55,204 nucleotides of DNA, from assembly GCA_964607865.1 (NCBI GenBank), contig CAZSLZ010000003.1, positions 1 to 55,204 on the forward strand, read 5' to 3'. How positions within the stretch are numbered: position 1 is the stretch's first letter; each line of letters starts with the position of its first letter. Below the pieces are notes generated by a model. That model saw nothing but the letters and a program-made list of their open reading frames with translations, had not been told where the DNA came from and searched no databases. Source of the DNA: an uncultured bacterium (lineage in GTDB: Bacteria; Vulcanimicrobiota; JAJTBE01; CAZSLZ01). The position numbers were made by a program, and so were the translations under genes. Of the stretch, positions 50,073-55,204 are shown in pieces.

Positions 50073-51239
50073 TTAGGTCCAGAACAATCTGGGGTCGTTG
50101 TAATGGTCGGTTGCGGTTCTTCCACCCCACCAGGTGTTTTTGCCTTTGGCCAACATTTTGTTGTTGTTGTGGACTCCCAGGTTTCTGTCCTGAGTGTAAA
50201 CGTTCTGATAAATAAACTGGCCTTTCTTGTTGTAACCCACATATGAAGTTTCTCCGTCGGGCTGATAAGCTTCCTGCAGAGCAGTCTGCTGGGGGTTGAA
50301 GCTGACACCGGTGATTTCATTCTTGCTGTTGTTAATGTGAATGCCCTGGCCGCCGTCATAGATACTCATATTTTTAATGACTCCCTGAGGGCTGTCGGCG
50401 TTCATGGTAATCTTGGTGCCATCGCCAAGAACCAGAGACCTGTCTTTGCCTTCCCAGTCTTTAATTCTCTTACCGTTAACATTTTCATGGGGGTCTCCCC
50501 AGTGTTTTACTGTGTTTTTGCCTGAGGGGTCGGTTATGGTTACGGTATGGCCTTTAATATTAACATTGTAACCGCCGCTGGTCTGGTAGGATATGGGTTT
50601 GCCCTTACCGGCCTGCTGTAACTGGCCGCCTCTTACGGGCTGCTGGAATCCCATTCCCATCATGCCCATCTGCATTCCGCCGCCATGCATTCCGCCGGCC
50701 ATTGCCATTCCGAATCCGCCCATTGGGGTCTGCATTCCCATCATCATCATTCCGCCGGACATACCGCCCATGCCCATCTGCATACCGCCCATGCCCATCT
50801 GCATACCGCCCATGCCCATCTGCATGCCGCCCATGCCCATCTGCATGCCGCCCATGTCCATACCGGGCATCATTATTCCGCCGCCCATCATCATTCCTCC
50901 ACCCGTCATTTGAGGCATGGGAGGATAGAAAGGAGCCTGGCGAGGGGGTTTCTTCTTTGAACCAAATAATTTGCCCAAAAGTTTACCGGCTACGCCACCA
51001 AACAATGCGCCGCCAATTGCGCCGGGCACGCCGCCCATTGCCAGTCCGGCCAAGCCGCCTATTAAGGCGCCGCCACCGGCACCGGATTTACCCTGCATCC
51101 CCTTAGAAGCACTGAATGCGCCGATACCAAAACCTGCCAGACCACCTATCGGCCCGCCCAGCAAAAAGCCGGGAAGCGCACCCATCATACCTGCACCCAT
51201 AGTCTTCATAAAACCTGACTGAGCAATTGAATTAAACAT
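50073..51239 (-). CDS. Glycine-zipper + Gly/Met-rich linker + DUF1521-like (WGDPH) domain protein
   Basis: GxxxG-rich N-terminus, MGGMQMG repeats, KHWGDPHE.VNGK...DW...LVLGDGTKITM; AGGAGG RBS. Confidence 0.82.
   Translation of the reverse strand: MFNSIAQSGFMKTMGAGMMGALPGFLLGGPIGGLAGFGIGAFSASKGMQGKSGAGGGALIGGLAGLAMGGVPGAIGGALFGGVAGKLLGKLFGSKKKPPRQAPFYPPMPQMTGGGMMMGGGIMMPGMDMGGMQMGMGGMQMGMGGMQMGMGGMQMGMGGMSGGMMMMGMQTPMGGFGMAMAGGMHGGGMQMGMMGMGFQQPVRGGQLQQAGKGKPISYQTSGGYNVNIKGHTVTITDPSGKNTVKHWGDPHENVNGKRIKDWEGKDRSLVLGDGTKITMNADSPQGVIKNMSIYDGGQGIHINNSKNEITGVSFNPQQTALQEAYQPDGETSYVGYNKKGQFIYQNVYTQDRNLGVHNNNKMLAKGKNTWWGGRTATDHYNDPRLFWT
50760..50856. repeat. 21-bp coding tandem repeat (about 4.6 units)
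   Basis: CATRCCGCCCATGCCCATCTG units starting at 50760, 50781, 50802, 50823, with a partial unit at 50844. Confidence 0.92.
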
Positions 51240-51536
51240 ATTAGAACCTCCTAAAAAATTTGAATTTTTAATATTTAAAAACTTAATACTTATCCAGTTG
51301 ATTCACTAACTTATCACGCCCATTATATGAAAAGTAAATACTTGCGGAAATTTTTCTTTAAAGTTAACAATTCTGTAACATTCAGCCCAAACCCCATGGT
51401 TAAGCCAGTGTTATATTAAAAAACTGTTAATAAACCTGGGCGGAAAAAAATTTTTCAAAATTTACATGCTTAATTCACTGCACTTAACAAAAAACCTGTT
51501 TTTTTGTTAACATTTTTGTTACATTCATACTTTAGT

Positions 51537-52664
51537 TTAAATCCGTTCCCGAACCGAAGGATCATTTTCATGTTTTTTAAAATCATCCAGAAGTCTTACT
51601 GCGTCCGGTGTCTTCTTGCGTACAAATTTCAGATAGTTTATTACTGCAATTTTCCCCGTTCTGTTATTGGAAAAACTGTTGTAATAAATATTACGCATAC
51701 ATCTTACGGGGCCGGTGATCCGGGTCGCCTGGCAGACTTCCACCGCCTTCAATAAAATATTGGAATTGCCATTTTTTAAAGCCCAGTATAAGGAATTCAA
51801 TAAGGGCTGTGGGTTTGAAGGGCGGTTGTAAAGCATCATATTCTTTACTGCTTCCAATACAGCCTTCTGCATATTTTCCGACCCCGTTTTAGAAATGGCC
51901 TTATAGTAAAAAACTTCGTAATTGGAGGATAACAATCCATAAGCCATCATGGCGCCATAAACAATGGGAGAATCTAAATTTTCCCTTGCTGAAAGAACTC
52001 TTTTTATCAAGTTCAGATCTTCTTTATTCCCAGCTAATCCTAAAAGAAAACAATAAAAACTTTTACGATTTTCTTTTACCTCAGGAGTGGAAATTAAATA
52101 TCGCAGGCTTTCTCTGTCAATTGCAGGGGCGGCCTTTTTTAAATCCTTATATGAAGCCATACCCAGCTGGGCAAAAGAATCCCAGGCAATGAATTCATTC
52201 CGGGAATCCACTTGGGTGAACAGCCAGCGCAGCCTTCCCTCCTCGTCGTCATTCTCCATAAATTCCTGTGTCTTCAAGGTGTATTCATACATCTGTTTCT
52301 TTTTGTCATGGTAGAAGGCGTTGAGTTCATAAAAATCCACCCCGCCCTTGCTGGAGCGGAACAGATAAATTACTCCGATGGATTTTACCGGTTCTTTAAT
52401 TAATGAATTGATATAGAAATAATCGCCTTTTTTCCATTTTCCACCCTTGACGTTGGAAAAAACCTGAATTTCTGTTAAGTTCCCCTTTTGTTCAGATTTT
52501 ATTTTTTCCATAATTTTTCCGTAAATAACCAGATCCGATTCGTAAAGACGGTCGTAAACCGTCATTTTATCGCTGGGGCCGTAGGGAGAAGTATGCCCCT
52601 GCCCGGTGGAAATTGCCGTAAATAGAAATATTAATGAAAGAAATTTTATAATGTTCTTTTGCAT
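51537..52664 (-). CDS. Secreted hypothetical protein with HEAT-like helical C-terminus
   Basis: ATG 52664 after GGAGG, signal peptide, SDLVIYGKI N-domain, helical repeats. Confidence 0.72.
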   Translation of the reverse strand: MQKNIIKFLSLIFLFTAISTGQGHTSPYGPSDKMTVYDRLYESDLVIYGKIMEKIKSEQKGNLTEIQVFSNVKGGKWKKGDYFYINSLIKEPVKSIGVIYLFRSSKGGVDFYELNAFYHDKKKQMYEYTLKTQEFMENDDEEGRLRWLFTQVDSRNEFIAWDSFAQLGMASYKDLKKAAPAIDRESLRYLISTPEVKENRKSFYCFLLGLAGNKEDLNLIKRVLSARENLDSPIVYGAMMAYGLLSSNYEVFYYKAISKTGSENMQKAVLEAVKNMMLYNRPSNPQPLLNSLYWALKNGNSNILLKAVEVCQATRITGPVRCMRNIYYNSFSNNRTGKIAVINYLKFVRKKTPDAVRLLDDFKKHENDPSVRERI

Positions 52665-52677
52665 ATCGACCTCCGTA

Positions 52678-53619
52678 TTAACCGAAAATTTTCCATATAT
52701 TCTTTCGATAGTTGCCCTTATCCAGCCGGAGCCCTTTCCGGGTGGCATAATCGACAGCCTTCTTATAATCTGAGGGAGAAACCCTTCTGTCTATTTCTGC
52801 ATATTTATTTGCATTATAACAGGGACGGTATTGATCAAGTAAATTCAGGTAGGTGTTTTTGGATATTTCACTGGCAAGCCAATCTATTATTGCAAGGGTA
52901 TCATTCAGGCAACCGGGCATTAAGAGATGGCGTACCAGAATGCCCTTTTCTGCCAGGCCGTTTTTGTCCATGGTTAAATCTCCTGCCTGCCGATGCATAA
53001 TCTTCAGGGCTTTTTTTGCCACATCGGCATAGTCGGTAGCGTTAGAGTATTTCCGGGCTTTTTCGTTGTCCCAGAATTTAAAATCCGGCATATAAATATC
53101 CACAATGCCTTCCAGAATTTCAAGGGCATCTTCAGATTCGTACCCGCCACAATTCCAAACCAGGGGAATTGAGAGCCCTCTTGATGTGGCTATTTCCAGT
53201 GCTTCCAGAATCATGGGCATCTGGTGGGTGGGGGTTACCAGGTTCAGGTTATGGCAACCCCGGGCCTGGAGCTCCAGAAATATTTCTGCCAATTCATTAA
53301 CAGAATAAGTTTTGCCGTAGCCAGTCTGGGAGATATCATAATTCTGGCAGAAAACACAACCCAGGTTGCAATAGGAAAAGAATACCGTACCCGACCCCCT
53401 GTTTCCCGACAGGGGAGTTTCCTCTCCATGGTGGGGGCCATGACTCGCCACAATTAACTTATCGGCAGCCCTGCAGTATCCGGTATTTCCTTCCCACCTG
53501 TCAACAGCGCAATTTCTGGGGCACAACTTACATTGAGCCATTAACTGCCGGGCCTGTTCAATTTTTTTCTTGCCCATATTCTGTAGAGTTTTTACATAAA
53601 CCGGACTGTAATCAATCAT
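52678..53619 (-). CDS. Radical SAM protein, PflX-like
   Basis: CKLCPRNC, HHGEE..LSG..GSGTVFF, CNLGCVFCQN, DIYMPDFKF, LVRHLLMPG, QYRP. Confidence 0.92.
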   Translation of the reverse strand: MIDYSPVYVKTLQNMGKKKIEQARQLMAQCKLCPRNCAVDRWEGNTGYCRAADKLIVASHGPHHGEETPLSGNRGSGTVFFSYCNLGCVFCQNYDISQTGYGKTYSVNELAEIFLELQARGCHNLNLVTPTHQMPMILEALEIATSRGLSIPLVWNCGGYESEDALEILEGIVDIYMPDFKFWDNEKARKYSNATDYADVAKKALKIMHRQAGDLTMDKNGLAEKGILVRHLLMPGCLNDTLAIIDWLASEISKNTYLNLLDQYRPCYNANKYAEIDRRVSPSDYKKAVDYATRKGLRLDKGNYRKNIWKIFG

Positions 53620-53630
53620 GAATTCAGTTT

Positions 53631-54920
53631 TTATTCCTCATCCTGAATTTTATCTTCTATAATTTCCGGCTCTTTGTTATCTGAATCTGGTTTTTCGATT
53701 TTTGTGGTTTCTTCCAGGGAGTTATCCTTCAGGGCAGGCTTGTTGTCAGTTTTTGAGCTTCTTCCAACTGAACCCAGAAACTTTTCGGCAGAGCTTGTTA
53801 TTATTACATCACCGGGGGATATTGCCACAAACAGAATCTGGCTGTCAGCGCCTATGGGTTTTAACAAAGACATTACAGCCCTGGATTTTTCTCCATCCCG
53901 GCTCAGATCAATCAAGGCATAATCATTGCTTTTCTCAATTTCCAAAGATTCCCCGGAATTTTCTCCCGGTTCATCCTGCTTCTGGAAACGCCGGATATCC
54001 AGTAAAGTTACCTCCTGGAGTTTCATCTGTTCAAGAAAATCCTTGAACTCCTGGTTGGGTTCCAGCAGCAAAGTTTTAATATCCTTATCTTCCAGGACAT
54101 GATAATCGGGAAATTTAACCAGATAAAGATCCTGTTCGTCCTGGTAAGTCACGTAAATAACGTCGAGGCCGGCAGAGAGGTTTATTACCCGTTTGAATTC
54201 ATATTCGGGTGGAAGTTTAAAATTCACAATCTTCTGTGCTTCTGCCAGGTCCCGTTTGAACATCTCGGATATTTTTTCTCTGGAATTAATGCGTTTGAGG
54301 GCATCCGAAGCCACGGTGTTGTTTTGTTTAAGCTCCAGGGCCTTTTCGTAGGCTTCCCGGGCTTCCACATAGTTTTTCTGGCTTTCGTAAATCAGCCCCA
54401 GTAAATAATAACCCTTATCATAACCCGGATATTTCCCGGTAAGGGCCTTTGCAACTTCCCCGGCCCGGGAAAGTTTATCTCTTTTATACAAAATAACACC
54501 CAGGTTGTAACGGGCTTTTCTGTAACCGGGATTCACTTTCAGAGCTTCCTTATAAAGCATGGTTGCTTCTATGTTGTTATCCTGCTTCTGATAAATCAAA
54601 CCCAGGTTGTTCAGGGCTTTATAGTAATCAGGCTCAATCTCTATGGTTTTCTTGTAGGCATTTATAGCTTCGTCATAATTTTTCAGAAAATAGTTTGCCA
54701 CGCCTATTTTATAATGGCAGTCGGGGTTTTGGTGGGCTTTTTCCAGTGCCTGACTGTATTTTTCCAGAGCCTGGCCATATTCTTTTTGTAAAATCAGGCT
54801 GTCACCTTCATCAAGCAGCTGTTGGACGTCGGTGGCCGGGGTTTCCTGGGCGTAAGCGGAAATTATAACTGTAATTAACAAAAAGATAATAAGAACGTAA
54901 AAGCGCTTGAAATTTTTCAT
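53631..54920 (-). CDS. Secreted TPR repeat protein
   Basis: Signal peptide ending AYA-Q and about five TPR motifs (ALNNLGLIY, ARYNLGVIL, YYLLGLIY). Confidence 0.88.
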   Translation of the reverse strand: MKNFKRFYVLIIFLLITVIISAYAQETPATDVQQLLDEGDSLILQKEYGQALEKYSQALEKAHQNPDCHYKIGVANYFLKNYDEAINAYKKTIEIEPDYYKALNNLGLIYQKQDNNIEATMLYKEALKVNPGYRKARYNLGVILYKRDKLSRAGEVAKALTGKYPGYDKGYYLLGLIYESQKNYVEAREAYEKALELKQNNTVASDALKRINSREKISEMFKRDLAEAQKIVNFKLPPEYEFKRVINLSAGLDVIYVTYQDEQDLYLVKFPDYHVLEDKDIKTLLLEPNQEFKDFLEQMKLQEVTLLDIRRFQKQDEPGENSGESLEIEKSNDYALIDLSRDGEKSRAVMSLLKPIGADSQILFVAISPGDVIITSSAEKFLGSVGRSSKTDNKPALKDNSLEETTKIEKPDSDNKEPEIIEDKIQDEE

Positions 54921-54943
54921 TTATTCCTCCACCGATTTGTATA

Positions 54944-55204
54944 TCAGGTTACTTTGGATAATTTTTTTTCTTTATTTTCAGGGGTTTCATCTGGGGTTTC
55001 CGGTTCCTCGGGCTCCACTGCGCCAAAACGGGAACGAAGATAGATAGCTATTCCCAGGAAAAGAATTATCAGGCCCAAAAATAATCCCTTCATCAGAGTT
55101 ATGGTATCCTGGGCATCTATATCCATGGTTCGGATATTCATATTTACAAGGTAAGCCTGGATTAAAATAAGGGCAACTGAGATGACAATCAGAATATTTG
55201 CTAC
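54944..55204 (-). CDS. Membrane protein, partial (runs off right edge)
   Basis: The frame is open to the window end: ...VANILIVISVALILIQAYLVNMNIRT...GLFLGLIILFLGIAIYLR; two TM helices visible. Confidence 0.65.
   Translation of the reverse strand, partial: VANILIVISVALILIQAYLVNMNIRTMDIDAQDTITLMKGLFLGLIILFLGIAIYLRSRFGAVEPEEPETPDETPENKEKKLSKVT

Noticed and set aside
50593-51222. His-rich (HTAHAHL)n, Pro/Cys-rich and CPSAYRP-repeat ORFs that look like metal-binding peptides or RiPP precursors
   Set aside because: They are antisense readings of the MGGMQMG tandem repeat in the real minus-strand gene.

Overview
Bacterial chromosomal window (roughly 40-45% GC by eye) from a probably anaerobic organism. 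It carries ATP-PEP carboxykinase, ADP-forming acetyl-CoA synthetase, glutamate dehydrogenase and RnfC. Housekeeping blocks are rpsB-tsf-pyrH-frr, whiA-gap-pgk-tpiA, coaE and mnmG. From about 37 kb onward the window is accessory, mostly secreted or uncharacterised proteins. The gene mix is loosely compatible with an Eremiobacterota/Vulcanimicrobiota-like lineage, which is inference only. I saw no rRNA, tRNA, CRISPR array, integrase or transposase. The main signals not shown by the ORF track are: (1) a secreted protein gene (45610-46222) whose likely reading continues through an in-frame TGA in a YG-U-GGVC motif followed by a hairpin, a candidate selenoprotein, plus two apparent -1 frameshifts; (2) a type IV prepilin gene (37233-37709, minus) with one in-frame TAG at codon 37; (3) six copies of a modular CGTC-tagged palindromic repeat, several lying where conserved operons are broken; (4) a nucleotidyltransferase-phosphomutase-DUF5752-like triple fusion in an operon ending in an orphan rnfC; (5) a zinc-ribbon pseudokinase-beta-propeller protein, a pair of proteins sharing an unrecognised helical repeat, and a Gly/Met-rich WGDPH protein.
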